Source: Ophelia neglecta
Taxonomy: Eukaryota
Direction: 5' to 3'
DNA length: 64,000 nt
Assembly (NCBI GenBank): GCA_965285935.1
Contig: OZ260661.1
Coordinates: 93,248,001-93,312,000 of the forward strand
Shown here: positions 1 through 14,400 of the stretch, one piece after another
How the letters are laid out: every line of letters starts with the position of its first letter
Numbering within the stretch: position 1 is the first letter of the stretch
Notes under the pieces: model-generated
Seen by the model: the letters and a program-made list of their open reading frames with translations, nothing else
The model's database searches: none
Told to the model about the DNA's origin: nothing
Program-made: the position numbers and the translations under genes

Positions 1-850
1 CAATTTTAATGCCAGATTGTTTCAATTGGTTATAAAGCATTTTTTGGTTGGTCCATTGATTTTGTGTGGAATTGAACAAAGACCTGCAGGAGTGTGTTGG
101 GGCCTTCGATTGCGCCATTTGGTTATTAATTGGGATCTCAGCAATAAGGTCAGGCATCCAATGATATAATATACCCTGTACTAGTCTGATGTCCATCATA
201 TTTCGACATTTATGTGCTTTGCTGTCAATATTTCATCTTCATTAGACCGTAAGGTTATCTTTCTTGGCCCGGCTAATGACTGCGCCGGTGATTGGAATTG
301 AAAGGCAGATATCTCACTCTGATATACTCGATGCATTTCCTCATCAAATATTTTTCTCTCTTTTTTGTCTGGTCTGGCCTTTAGGAAAGTTGTAACTGGT
401 TAGATTAGGCTGTTGGTTTAAACTTCTCTGTGGAAAGAAAGCTTTCTAATGTCAATGGCTTGCAAAAAAAGAAGTTGGGTCTATGCGACCTAGGTTGACA
501 AGCAGTAACCCACTTGATTACCAGTAACCCCTAGATTTCCACGTTAAATTTGTGGCCGTACCACATATAGACTCACATATAAGAACTACATGCTAAAGCA
601 AATTTATAGTATACTGTTTGTCAAAGCCCTACAGAATTCTTAATATAGTATATATGTTACGTAAATCAGCACTAGCACTGACATAATTACATGTATACTT
701 TTCAGTGTTATCTGCAAAGGTGAATCTGCACCTGTATACATTGGTGGCTTTATTTCGAGTAAAAATAACAGGGTGGGTTGATTCGCTGTCCTTTATAGGG
801 TGTGGGATGGAGGTCTCCTCTCTCAGTGAATGGAGACCGCGAGCCAGGGG

Positions 851-904
851 GCTACGCCCCCTCCCCATCCCCCTTCGCTATGCCCCCTCCCCATCCCCCT
901 TCGC
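851..904 (+). repeat. 26-bp C-rich tandem repeat x2
   Basis: GCTA(C/T)GCCCCCTCCCCATCCCCCTTC occurs twice. Confidence 0.8.
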
Positions 905-3256
905 CTTGGAGGAGCTATCCATGCTAGAACCTATAGATGCTGTCTCGCGAAACATGTGGAGGGAAAATGAGGTCCCGGCCCTTTTGTCATCTCTGCAGAT
1001 CCACAAGTCTACAACCATCATAAAACACTCTCATTTTAAACACACAAAAAACAACTTGGCAAAAACACTTTGCCGGCGACGGTAATACGTTTGACAAGCT
1101 ACATTGATAATGTTTTCGTTCATTAATTTTGGAAAGGCAAATCTTTTCCTCTGTCATTGCTCAAATTTAGTTTCAAGCTATGGTGCAACGCATTTACATG
1201 CCTTCATTTCTCGGTGAACACGCAGGCTGACCTTTTAAATGGATGGGTTTATCATGTTACGCGTCCATTTCCCTCGAGTCCCACCAAATTATGATGTTCT
1301 TCTGCATTTTTTATGGTGTTTACCTTGTAACGGGGTAGACTGGCTTGCATTCCTTCGGCGTTTGTGTCCTCCGAAGGCTTTTTAACATTGGCATGTCAGC
1401 ATCGGGCGTCTGACCACAAAGTACCATTTGATAATTGTCTTCATTGATTTATTAACTGGCGTAGGAGGGTTCAGGAACCGCTACCGACTCATTAAATGTC
1501 GTTCTCCTGGGCTGACCGTTTGGTTAGACAAGGATTACACGTTATGGGAAGTAGCATAACAAGTGGGGTTCCTGCTTCAAACATGAGCTGCTGTATGTTC
1601 AGCGATTGCAGAAGGTTTTCGCATTGTTTATTGCACACATGCTTTGTGGTCAAATAAATATTCCCGCGCTTTCTTCGTCGGCATCGAACGCGTGATTCTG
1701 GTGGATTTACCCATTACAAACCTTGTCAACACTTTTTTCGTATAAGTACAAAATCAAATGTAAGACTTCTTCTTAACCCCAAACAAATGTGAATTGCATC
1801 AGAACATTCTACACAGTCACCAAACCGTCCAGCGCTACCTCTCGTGCTATACTGTAACCTAGTATTCAAGCAATTTTTGGGAAAACCCTGCAGAATTGAG
1901 TGAGACACCATTACAAAAAGAGGGGGGGGGGGGGGCTTAGGCCTAATGTAAAAAATCATAACAACTTTTTTCGTAAAATATACTTCCCCACCCGTGCCCT
2001 AATAGTGCGTCCCTTAAACTTAAAGTTCGCCGTTTTGCCTTATGAAGCAAAAAATAGGAATAGTGAAAGCAGGTGATGAACCAGATTGAAGTAAACTATC
2101 GCTGTGATAAACTCGCCTCGAAGCATTGGGTGTTAGTTGTGGCTTCTTTAGGTTTTTAACTATTCAGATGTGGTAAGCACCTTTACCCTTCGTCTGATTA
2201 GGGTTAAAGGTATTCCCTGTGACAAAATCCTGGTTCAGGGGTTAATTGGCAATTTTTCCTGCCAATAAAAGCTACCATATCTTTGTGCATGGCAGACGAA
2301 CATAGGATGTCAGGGTTAACAGCCACGTCTGCCTTTATTCAGCAGATGTGCACGTGACGTTTGAGTTTAAATAGAGCACTTTAAACTGTCTGCTTCTGTG
2401 CAAATATTTGTTCTCTTTGCTTTTTGTGGCTAAGAATTATTCAATGTCATGTCCGAGGTATTTCCTGGAATATTTATAAATAGAATCACAGCAATTATGA
2501 ACTGCCCCCCTCCCCCTCCCTGAACTAACCTACTTATTTCAATGTAGAATGTGTCGTTCCCCGGAAACCAGTCCTTGTTTGTGAAGAATGCAATTCACAT
2601 TGCATTTACATGGTCCTTTAATGACAAGGGCGTTCCAAATAGGTCAAAGTTCAATGTCAAACAGGGCAAATTCCATGCTCAATCATAACTGGTAGGACTG
2701 TTGGTCACATTTAAGTGTCTACAACATGAATGGAGTCCCTGATTAACTAATCTTTATTACAACCAATATAGAATACCTTTTATGGATGAGATCCTAGTAT
2801 TTGCTATAAAGGTAACACGCTTTATTTGAGTATTATCAGAATATACTTTGCACAGGTCCTAAGCACAATATTTGACAGTGTATCCAAATCAGGCGGAGTT
2901 TATTTAATAGACCTGCACTGATTTTTAGAATCTGACTTTTATAGGAGCTATGCCGAATTAAAAAAAATATATATCAAGGAAATTGTTGAGCATATCTTAC
3001 ATTTTACAATGCCTGAGCGGACGTACTCAGAAGGCCTATTATAAATTTGGGCGCCAATAGGAGCCCATCTTATTCTCTCGTGAGATGGCAGCACTGATTT
3101 CTAGGCATGTCGCTGGCTTTGCATAGCCCTCTGAGGTGTCTAAAAATAGTTGAGCACTGCCCGTGAGCGACACATGAGCTGTACTTCATTATTGCCGTCT
3201 TAGAACTTCATAGTGTAAAGGCGCTAAGTGGCTCAGCACAATAGATTGAGACTATA

Positions 3257-3413
3257 CCTTAAAGACGGTTTAAAGACCACCTCTATGTTCAGATGATCTG
3301 TCAATTCAGATCACAAAAGTTAAAATGAAGACCACACTGTACACTTGAAATACAACCTGTCTGGACAGACCACCTTCTGTTTCCGGCCAGTTTCAAGTCA
3401 CAGGTTTCCCGTA
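3257..3413 (-). mobile_element. Degenerate copy of the same MITE family in the opposite orientation
   Basis: TAAAGACCACCTCTA, CTGTCAATTCA, AACCTGTCTGGACAGACCACC and ACAGGTTTCCCGTA align in order with the reverse complement of 33976-34153. Confidence 0.65.
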
Positions 3414-4017
3414 GGTAGAGTCGTTTTCCTCTTCACATGCTTGCATCCCTGTGACATTGCGAATGGATATATACCACTACAGGTTAGAAATAAGAAATAG
3501 CTAAAAATTAACCCCTGTAGTAAATTAAAAAAGTTTTGAATTGGAAAAGAAGGGATACTCGTATAATGGCCTCTTAATTGTCCGGTATAATTAATAAATA
3601 AATTAATTAATTGCGTATAAACAAAAACATGATAAAGCTTTGTGAACACAAAAAGACTTTCAAATCGAAATCATCCGTTCGGTGTGCGTTCAACATTTCA
3701 ATTATACCCCCTCCTCCCCGGCCATGGCCACAGCCTATACACCCTTAAGCCCTCGATGCCTAGCGTCGAGAGTTAGGAAGTTGGGCTAAGTCTACTAAAA
3801 CACAGTAGGCCTAGATGTATGGACTGGGATGGAAAGGTTGATTGAGGGACAGAGATAACGTTACAAATCCACTGGCAATGTCTCCCATTAAAAAAGTCCC
3901 AGATTTCATCTGTTGAGCTCCTTTCTAGTGCAAGACCATGGTATTTTTTATTGTTTTTTGGATGCACCTGTCACCCCAATAAACTCGTTTAATATACAAG
4001 GGGGAAATCCTTGCGGC

Positions 4018-4027
4018 ATGACGTCAT
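4018..4027. promoter_or_regulatory. Perfect CRE/ATF palindrome ATGACGTCAT upstream of the first coding exon
   Basis: Exact TGACGTCA at 4019-4026 within a CpG-rich segment (about 3660-4560), about 80 nt before the ATG at 4108. Confidence 0.55.
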
Positions 4028-4107
4028 AGGCTGTGAAGTATCCCGCAATGTATTGCACCTTCCTACTAGGGACGCCAGTTAAGCGAGGTGCATCTCTGTC
4101 GGTGGTC

Positions 4108-4170
4108 ATGGACAGTAACTTGGATTTCTCGCCCTTTCGGACAAAAAACCTTGGATACAAACCTCAAACG
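4108..4170 (+). CDS. prickle: Prickle-family gene, probable first coding exon (MDSNLDFSPFRTKNLGYKPQT)
   Basis: ATG in gtcATGG context, 21 open codons, then ACG|GTAAGA donor at 4171 in phase 0, matching the phase-0 acceptor at 5336/5337. Sits in a CpG-rich region just downstream of a CRE palindrome. An in-frame ATG also exists at 4048. Confidence 0.72.
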
Positions 4171-5336
4171 GTAAGATGTCGATACTGTCTAAAGTTTACG
4201 AAAAATCGAAGAAGTTTTGATGGGGTTGAAGCCGACATTTACACATGTAAAGTTTCAAAAGTTGACGGCGTTTTTCGGAGAGTAAGCCATGTTCTTTCAT
4301 GTGGAACTGGTATGAATAGTTGTACTCCAACTGTCTATATAAACACCCTTGAAGGCGACCGTATTTCTAACTTGTTTGTTAAGATGGCTGATGGGCAATA
4401 TTTGGTGGACTTCGGGTCTCTGTTTGAGACACACATGTCTATTTAAAACAAGTCCATATTACAACATTGGATTGAGAATCTGAAGTTTCGACAGAAGGTT
4501 AATGGTAACCTATTAAACCATGTGAACACGAAACTCAGCAACGCTTCTTCAACTTCGACCTACCTACATTTTAATACTTCTCCTGGCGCACTGAATCTAG
4601 GCTGTTACAGTAGTATTTTTAAACACTGGCTGATCTTTAAGTTTCCGAAAAGGAAAAAGAGGGGGCAGGGGGGGGTCACCAACATGGTGGATTGTCAGTG
4701 GCAGTCTCCTGTCAGAGGTGGCACTGAGGCCTGGGTCTATCGAGGGCACGGAGGGCTAAGCCCCCAGACCCAACTTTTATCCCCCCCCCCCTTGGGCAAC
4801 CTCATTTATAGGGCTGTTAAAAGGTGACTGTAGGTAGAGAAGCAGTCATGGCAAATACAAAATACGGATTTTTCATCCAGTCGAATAAACAAACTCATTA
4901 AACTGGCTCACTAAACTGACTGTTAGTTAGTGACTTAGTGACACCAGATTGAAATATTTTTGCTGTTATATTAACTAGGATTTATACCATGGTTTAAGTG
5001 TATCCAAATCATAAAAATCAAAATATATATGACTTTTAAAGGTTTTATAAGGTGCTGTTTACCATTTTGTATCAATATGTACCTTATAACAATATGGCTT
5101 GTATCTAAATAACTGATACAGATGTGTAGATATTTATTGATACAATCGCTTGGACATTATGATAAGGTTTATTATTTAACTTGGCTTGAACTGTGTTTAC
5201 TTGTTGTAAAGACATAATCGTGTGGGATGATATTGGTAGGTACGGCAGGCATCAAGAGCTATAATCATACATACAGTCAACCCTGTGGCGCCACACAAAC
5301 ACTGTAATAAACTTAAACTATCATCTTTAATTTCAG

Positions 5337-5425
5337 AGTCCTTTACTCGGTAGTCCTTTAGACAGGGGAAGACCTTGTCTTCAGTGCAGAGAGAGGTGTC
5401 CAGGATTTACACCACATTTTTGGAG
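5337..5425 (+). CDS. prickle: Prickle-family exon 2, first half of the N-terminal Cys/His module (SPLLGSPLDRGRPCLQCRERCPGFTPHFWR)
   Basis: Acceptor tcatctttaatttcag|, donor AG|GTAAGA at 5426 (phase 2). DRGRPCxxCRExCPGFxxHxWR matches the N-terminal module of PRICKLE3/Testin/LMCD1 proteins as I recall it. Not in the ORF track because it is short. Confidence 0.93.
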
Positions 5426-8400
5426 GTAAGAAAGCTTTAGATTGTATTGTTTAGTATGGGTATTAGTATTTATGAATGGCTAAAAGTTGTAGCAGTCATG
5501 AGCTGCATCTTTGTAAATCCTGAATAAAAACTTGCTACACTGTTTGTTATTGCCTCACAAACAAGCATCTGTGCTCGGCAAGACTGGATGAAATGGACGT
5601 TTTTGCCATCTAGTGGAGATGTGTAGGCAAATGGTTTTTATTAGTTGATATTAGTGTTGAAGAATCGTGCCTCTGTAATCACACTTGTCTGTTGTCAAGC
5701 AGAACCCATTTCACAGCTACCTGTCTACTAAATCTACTTTCTTTCTTAATATTCTTTTGTTCATGGCTCATTTCCAGACACATCAGGGCTCAGTTTGTTT
5801 GTTGTTCTAGTTTTAAGGCAATTTAAGTAATTAGCCTCAGAGAGTGCATCTAGGATTTATCTCAAGTGCTACATCTCTATGGCCACAAAATTTCTGCTTT
5901 TGTGATTTTCCTGGCAACTGTTTTCAATTTATCGCCTGTCATATGGTTGCCATGCTGGCGTTACCATGGCTACCTAGAAATAGTCCTACATGCATGCATG
6001 CTTCTTTCACCCTTGGTGTATGTTTTTTGTCACTGCTGGTGTTTGAAGTTTGCACACACAAGGCTATATTAATCAGTGTTAATGCTAACATAAATACACT
6101 CTCTCATCCCTTAGGCCTAGATACCTCACTCTGGTTATCTTTTAACATCCAGTAAAAATTGCACTTTGGCCATGTGTATGTTTGGTTTACAGCTCCTAGT
6201 AGCACCAGGCTTGCTCTATGTTTGTTGCTTGGGGTATATTGGGGTCTCAGGATGGAGTGGCCAGGGGGCTGTGGGAGAAGACATGTAGCTGTACCCTTGA
6301 ATTTACCCTTCAGATAGCTGAGAACAGAGCTGGGCTACACACAACAGGCCCTGCACAGAGACATACCTAAACTACCCATTTCTCTGTTTGTGTTATCAGA
6401 TAAGCCAGTTCTTACAGTTGGGCCCTGGTATTAGATTTAGCTTTCGGAAGCCAAGTTGTAGGTGTTCGGGTCTTGTAAACTGTGAGACACTTGGTCCATT
6501 GCAGATTACGATTGTTTGAAGTTAGCAGTTCTGTGTTTGGCCGTGGAGGAATCAGAACATGCTCCAGCTAAAGCAGTATACTTTTACATAATACATGCCT
6601 TGGTAGACTCTATCAACTCACATCCCTAGAAGAACTGCCTAGGTTTCAGTTACCAGACCCAGGTAGCAAGATCTTAACTCAACATGCACACACACCCAAT
6701 GGTTTTACCACAACCTACCATCCCTGCTACAATCCAAGCCCTTGATTGTTTTACTCAATTGTTCTTAGATCATTCTGCTTTGTACCAAAAAAAAACTGTG
6801 CATGTAAATCTATTGTACTTTTTCACCCAAACAGAAGACTTTCTGTTAATGTTTAACCCAACTTGTCTGGGCATCTTTTGTTTAGGCAACACATGACAGG
6901 GATAAACATCAATTTCTACTCAGTGCTCAGAACCTCTCTATCCTGTATCACAAACTCCCAAATGTCATGATGGAGTCTGGTTCCTAGTGATCAAAAACAG
7001 GTGTTAATCATTTTTACTTGGAACTGTAATATTTCTGTGTGGCAATACCACAGATTATCTGGCTTTCATTGGCTGTGAAGTCAGGTGTGTTTTAGGAGAA
7101 CTCATCACCACAGTAACGCAGTAAGGCATGATGTACCGCATGATGAACCCAGAGCTTGATTGCATCCAAACTCAGACATGCCTTGTCCAAATTAAAATGC
7201 ATTATGATGCTTCAGAAATTCCATGTTCACCCAGTATACACAGCTTCAATAAGTTAGTCATTGCATCAGTGATATTCTATACAAACATTCTTTCAACAGC
7301 TATACGTTTATAATTGTAATGTTAAAATTGCTTTTTAATAGTGATCCAGAAGTGTTACATAATTTATGGGACCATTTAATTACAAGTTAGAGCTCAGAAG
7401 CTCCTCTTAAGAAAACTTGTGTTTTTTTTTACACCAGACTGGAAGGGAATGTTACTAGCAGTATCTAGAAGCCAGGAGTTTTGAGGGGGCCAAATGGGAC
7501 GTATCCCACCTATAATACAATTAGGCTGGCTTACCATGATCTTGGTTTTTCCCAACCAAGTGTATAAACCACAATTTGTACATGTACATGCTGTGCAGTC
7601 TTTTAACATATGTCTTAGCATTGCAGAAAAACAGTGATTAAAACTCTGTAGTATATTTAACTACTGTTTCAAACCTCGGAATGGATAAATCACTGTCATT
7701 TAAACCATATGGATGTAGGAAAACAATGCCCCAGTTGAGGTTTTTGAAACTCTAATGGCCAAAAAGTCCCTGATTTATCAGTTTTAACCCCTCCCAGGAT
7801 GTTGGCCCTCTGTGCTGTGCCTGCTGTTCCAGATACCCATTGAGTGCAGTAGTACGTAAAGGTTATGCCAGGCATATATTATGAGTCTGTTTTTAAAATA
7901 CAAAATTGAGCGGCATTTTCATACTCAGACTTATTTTCGTATGAGGGGATAGGGTATTATTATTTGATATGATATGAGGTTACATCTGACTAATGGCTTG
8001 ACAGAAGAAGTTTTATTGTTACAAAGTCAAATAGTTCACACCCTCGGATGTGGAGAAAACTGATCACCCCATCAATTTTGCATTGTAAATCATCTGCCAT
8101 TGATTCCTGCCGGGTTTAATTAGGCCTTGTTGTTGGGGCCTCCAACCATTTGATCCAGCACACCAGGAGGCTGAAGTTTTCACCCGATTCCTGTGAATTT
8201 ATGCACAATGGTGCGTTGTGCAACTTTGATTGTCTTGGAGGCTGTGGACGTGTGATTGTCTACTACTATTGTGATCACCTGCCGACAAACTAATTATTTT
8301 GACAGGTCAAGTTTGGGTACAATGTGAACTACTGGTGGATGTCCTGTGGCCGTTATGAAGGTGATTACCCCGAGCCTGATAAACAAGGACATGCTGTAAT

Positions 8401-11400
8401 ACAACTGGCCATTGGGTAATAGTCATGGCCAATTCTGTTTGAAATTTGAAACTTCTTTGATCAGTTTGCTTAGTGCATATATGACTGATGTACCCCTGAA
8501 TATAGCCTTTATATTATTCAAATCCTTATAAAACATGTACGTAGCTCCTTTATTTAGTATTAGTCATAAAAATCCAAGATAAGCTGCCTTCAGGCATTTA
8601 ATGAAAAGATGAATGTTGATTCACCAAGATGTTTTAGAGGTAAGCACATTAGATATTAATGTGTCAATATTATTTTCAGGTATTTATTTCGATCTGTTTC
8701 CTTTCCAGGTTGGAGCACATAGCCTTAAGCGTAAAATGTTGTTAAAAAAAGTTTAGAATTCATCTAAATGCCCAAATTACATAGCATTACAATAGTTCCT
8801 TTAAATTGGAAATGTCAGTAACATTCTATGCATGTCTGGTCATGAAAGGTAATCGGTTAGTAAAAATTGGAAATTCTATTGGTTGTTTAATAGTAGCGGG
8901 GTGTTTTTATAAGGTAAAGGCATGAAGCTGTGTTATACGGCCTGGGGGAGCCAGGGTGAAGGCTGAGGGGCAAGATTGGGTCACAGATACGCAGTTTGAT
9001 GTCTTTCAAGCGCAGGGAAGTGTAAAGTGTGAAGTACAATAGCAAAACAGTCACAAACATGCCCAAGAGGCCTCACACTTTCATTATTTGTGAGAAGATT
9101 TAGACAAGAAGGAGACGTATTTGCCTTGTGTCCATAGATGTGGCTGAATTGATGGTCAACTGAAGAGTGTGGTTGGCACACACCAAGATGATCTATTGAC
9201 CACTGAATTGTCCCAAATTGATAACATTTGTCCACTTATAGAAACCAATCAGAAGCAGTAGACATGTTTTTTTTCTGGCAAAGTAGGTTTTTTCCTAGCA
9301 AATGGATAACTTTACTGTTTTTCATTAATTTTTTCCTGCATACAAAAAATGCTTCCAAATGACCAAAGCTTATCCTCTTTGAGCAAGCTTCAGTGAGAAG
9401 AAAGTCTCACATGATTGCTCAATTTTCTCGACACTGTTTCATAAATCAGCACAGGAGACGCAGATCTTTATAGATGGCTGCGTTTGGGCAATATTGTGAA
9501 CTTAATGGGAACAAGTACTGCAAAGTGGTTGACGTCCATGCCCTGAAAGCCAATAGGATGAACTGGTGATAAGGTTCATTCTAGGCATGCTCCCCTGCAT
9601 GAGTCAGATGACAATTTTAATCTGTTCCACGCTGTGCATTTTCATCTTTACCCAGGGCTGCCTATGGTATTAAGCTGGAGGTTTACCTCTTGCCCTGAGT
9701 GTAGTCAACTGTGCCCAGCAAGACACAGTACTTTTCAATGAAAATTCCCTATTTGGATTCCTACTTGGTTTGGAATAATGACTGTCCATTATTTATAGGT
9801 TGTGGACTAATCCCAATTTAGTAAAAAGGTTCCAGAGCTGTGAGCATTGAAAGAGGATCTGGGAGAATCTGGTTAATTCACATTTTCCTTAGACCTTGAT
9901 GTATTGGTAAAACCTCATGGCGCCTGCCCAGCATGATAATACATACCTCTGTTTTGTTCACGTGTCAATGTTATATGAAGATGCGATTATGTTTAGTTTT
10001 TTTTCTGCAAAAGAAGGGAGAAACAGTTTTATATAGTTCAATCAGCAGTACACCTGTTTTATTCATGAATAAAGAATTTTTCATCCATTATTAATTCAGG
10101 GAAAAGAAATCCATTTGCGATTTTGACAGTCCTGTCACAGACCCTTCAAATTGTCATGTTCAGAACTGATAGTCGTTGGCATGATAAATGTCATTGATAT
10201 GTGGATGTCATTCTCTACTTAGGATTTTGTTTAATTTTTTATCAAACTCTAGCATTGTTAGTGTTGTATATCCATATAATTTAATCAACCCTTGCATTGG
10301 TAAGGACAGGCTTTGTAGTTTGTACCTTCAGAGTTATGCCTGATAAAAACATGTAACGTGGTTCCAGCTTTTTAATCTGGCATTCCCCCTTGAATTAATG
10401 CTCATTTACCTCATCAGCACTGATCAGTAGAAGACACCAACATTGAAAGTACACTATAATGTTACTAACTACTTGGATCCAAAACAATTTACCATATAAA
10501 CAAATTCCTGGGAGCTTTGGAATAAAATGAAGTCTGATGGAAAACAGCAATGAAATATATAAACGGTCATAAAGAATAGTAAAGAGAGTTGTGGGAGAGC
10601 TGCTGAATTTAGAAAGGGCCCTTAGGCAGGCCCAAGTGTTCAGTGAAGTGGACACAAGGGCACAGACAATCAGATTACTGTGTGTGTCTAGGGATGGCCA
10701 ATTCAATATTCACAGCAAATACATCTCCAGCATTCACTAAAATGACTCAATCCAGCCGGGGCCAGGTCACCTACAAACCTCTAGCTATCAGTTGCAGCCT
10801 TTGACTGGGCTATCCCATCTCTACTGTCTTGTAATCTACACAAGAATGTCATAAAGTGGTCTTAAGACTGAGGAAAGCCATTGTCAGCTGAGGATGTAAC
10901 ATCTCAAGTGGTGATAATCTTCCATGTTATGTGTTTATATCAGTGGTGTTGGCCTATAGGAAGGTGGCAGTGCCATTAGGCCATTGTATGATTGGTTCTC
11001 CCCTCACATAGCACCGGCCAATAATTGACAGAACCATTAGTCTGATTAACTGCCCCTTAGATTGGACATAATGAACTCACTGCTCTAATTGTTTTCATGA
11101 ATTGTTTGTCCCCTCATTATCAGTTAATAGAATTCAGCCAGACCGCCTATCAACATGCTAACTAGCTTTTTTGTTCCTGTTCCATTTTAATCCAGGTTCG
11201 CACTTAGTTTGTAGTGGTTCCCACGGCATGTGGGGTAAAAAATTCATTTAGAAGATCACTAACAGGCTATCAACTTCTCATCCTTTGAAGCCTTGAAAAT
11301 TGTGACCAATATTTGCAACCTATCTTGTCCTATCTATGATATTATAGGGCTGAGTCAGGAATGCATACGTCTGATAGCTGGAGTTATCAAAAACTAAACA

Positions 11401-14400
11401 GCAGCTGATATTTATCCAAATGCTGAAGGACTGTAATAAATCACATTATCCTCTTTAGAGCCTGCAGATTTATATATAACTAGACCCCCCTGTTTAACCA
11501 CTCTCACTGATTTGAAGCCTCCAGGGCAATTTGGATAAAATAAGAGTTAAAATAGTGGTGTGTGGTGGTCTACAAGCCTCTCAGATGTTGTTTAGTGACA
11601 GGTTTACTGGGTGATCTAAGACTGGTGGTAAATTGGACACCGTTGCTGTTGACAAACAAACCAAGGAGAAGGGAGGAGTTTGTCCTCCCTTGTTTTGGGA
11701 GAACTCATCCAGGGACTGTTTGACCCTATTGGGAGGTGGGGGGGGGGGGGGGGGGGGAGGGGGTATTTGATGGTAGAGTTGGGTTGACAGTACAAGAGGG
11801 TGTGTTTGATATGACATATGCTCAGTGATGAAGGATGGACCTGATTTGAGTTTGGACGAGAGAGGACATTTTTAGGTTAAAATAAACTACAAAAATGATG
11901 TCATCTGATAACTCATATATTCAAAGAATAGGAGAGGAATGTAGTGTAAGAAATGTGAATTGAAAAAGGAAATGTTTATGAATAACAAATACTATTTAGT
12001 TTTCAGGTGGGAAGGGGGGCTTTATTCCCAAGTATTGACAGTATGTAATAAGCCTGAAAACAGCACAATTTTGAGGAATATGCCACAAGGAATTTTTCAA
12101 CCTGAGAAAAAATACTTGCAAATTACTTTCCTTTGTCCCTTCAAATGAGTACACCTGAGGACACCAGTGTCCATTGTTCAACTCAGCATTCAGAGTAATC
12201 CTTTTATCAAAAAAGAGGTGTGTTAGTTTATCATTAAGTAAAATTATACTGTACAATTATCATGATTATTGCACCTCATTATGACTTAGTGAGTTTTTTT
12301 TCTCTCCATTAAAGTTAATATATATACTTGTATACTTGAACCCCAAAGCATGGGATGGACTGATATGGCTGGTATTTGATGACTTAAATGGTGGTGTTTA
12401 GAGTCAAAGTGTCAAATTTAGTTAGCAAGTGTCAGGTATAATTACAGTGTATAGAAAGATTGGGATATAATATATCACCTTCTTGAGAATCAATCATTAT
12501 AATAAGATGGCTACTGTATGGCTTCACACTTAACTTGGAATAGACTAGCCTACCTGGACGGAATTGAGATGAAAAATAACCCCCATAAACCCATTTCAGA
12601 AGAACAGATACGGTTTATATTTCAATTTATGTAAATAAACGCTGTAGGTGTTGGGTTTCCACACCTTTTCACTGGATAGAGTGTTTGGGATTGGGTTTTT
12701 ATGATAAATTTACGATCTCCGAATGTCATACTGATTGTCATTTCAGCATCCCAGAATTCAAAGGTGCTGATATGCATTGTGCTTATCTAAAAGGAGTTTC
12801 ACAGTTAATACAGCTGCTGAGAGATAAACGGGTATCGCTAGACTCCAACAATAAGTTATTTCCGGATATAATGTCCATATATTGACATATCTATAGCGCA
12901 TTTATTTTCTAATTATCGAAATTGTTTAATATGTTATCCATCTTGTTTTAGTCACTATAGTTGTATAATGATATAAATTGTACCTGGTATATGATACCTG
13001 TGGGACTACTTGTGTCTTTTTGCTCTGAGTGAAAGGCAATCCACATATAGTTTTGTTCCTGGCTCATTAACCAGAAGCACCTTCCCAGCATGCTTCACAC
13101 CTTTTTATCCCCTTTGACACCTTAAATATTTACCATCCTTACAAAATGGTTGACCTTAGGCACCAGATACCTTTAGGCTTTAACCATTTTTGCCATCAGT
13201 CATGCTATATGCCTGAAATGATGGCAGAATTGACCATTTAAAATAATTTGCCTGCTTCTGTATTGAAAGAAGTGTTTACTTTATCAGACGGCAATGAACA
13301 AGATGCACCATTTAGTACAGAGCGCCTTCTGTTGGCAGCTGTGGTCAGTTTTGGTTTGAGGCTAGGTTCAGGGCTATCTCATCAATCTGTATAGACCTGT
13401 CTAACTTACAGGTACCTGCTGGCTCTAGTCACTTGTCTCCGTCCTCTATCTGCCCACTGGGTCTCACAAACCTCACAGATTGTCATGTTCAGTCAGGTTT
13501 TGGGCTATGCAGAGTTTTGTAATGAGAATTTTGTTCTTTTTAAGCTACCTGTAATTGTTTTGTAAGTGGCAGGCGCCAGTATGAATGAGAAAGTCCCCAG
13601 GGACTATCTATCATCCTAAACCAAGTTTTCATACCAAAAGTAAAAGAATAAGTCTGATATATCGAAGGAAATATGTTTTTGATGATATCAATGTGCCCAC
13701 ACCTTGATTTTAACGAAAGCTGTTATTCCATTATGAATATGCATCGGCACAAGAATTTCTGTAAGAAATAATAATACTAGACCTGATGGAATAACAAAGT
13801 AAGGAACCGACCTTACATATAAACCAGTGAGTGTGCCTCCAAAGAAGGCTGGTGTTATCACCCCATTGGTTAGGCTTCTGACTGTGAAGCAGATTAGTTA
13901 ACAAGTTGTATATTCAGGAAAAATTTGTTTTTCCAATAATAATCCCACCTCCCCCTGCTGCTTTTGTAGTACATTGAATTAAACCACCCTGTGGCTGTTA
14001 TCAGCCGGCCCCACTGATGAATGCAGTACAGTTTTTTACAGTCCAAACCCTGACATACACAGTATGCAGGCTGGCTGTGGACAGCTCGGAGGGCAGCTTT
14101 CAATGATTGACCTTACGATTCAGGGAATGGTTACAAATCTGGGGTCAGACACAAACTTGTGAAAAGTACCACATCACAAAATGTCCTGTTTTACAGCAGT
14201 GTTGACCAGCCAATCAATGATATATGTTGCGGTCAATATTTAATTATTGTTTGGAAATCCTACATTGCCCGGGTTAACTGTTCTTGGTGATGAGTGTTTA
14301 GTTAAAGACGGACATTAACTCAGTGTTGAAATGAATTTTACAGTTGATGTTTAGCCTGCAGTATACCTGTGTGTGGTCCGTCTTGGCGCTGGTAAACGGA

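Noticed and set aside
4033-4446. 137-aa ORF as a standalone gene
   Set aside because: Better explained as exon 1 (4108-4170) with read-through into the intron past the GTAAGA donor.
4502-4510. ATG|GTAACC as the start exon for exon 2
   Set aside because: Phase fits, but the donor is weaker than ACG|GTAAGA at 4171 and several out-of-frame ATGs lie upstream.
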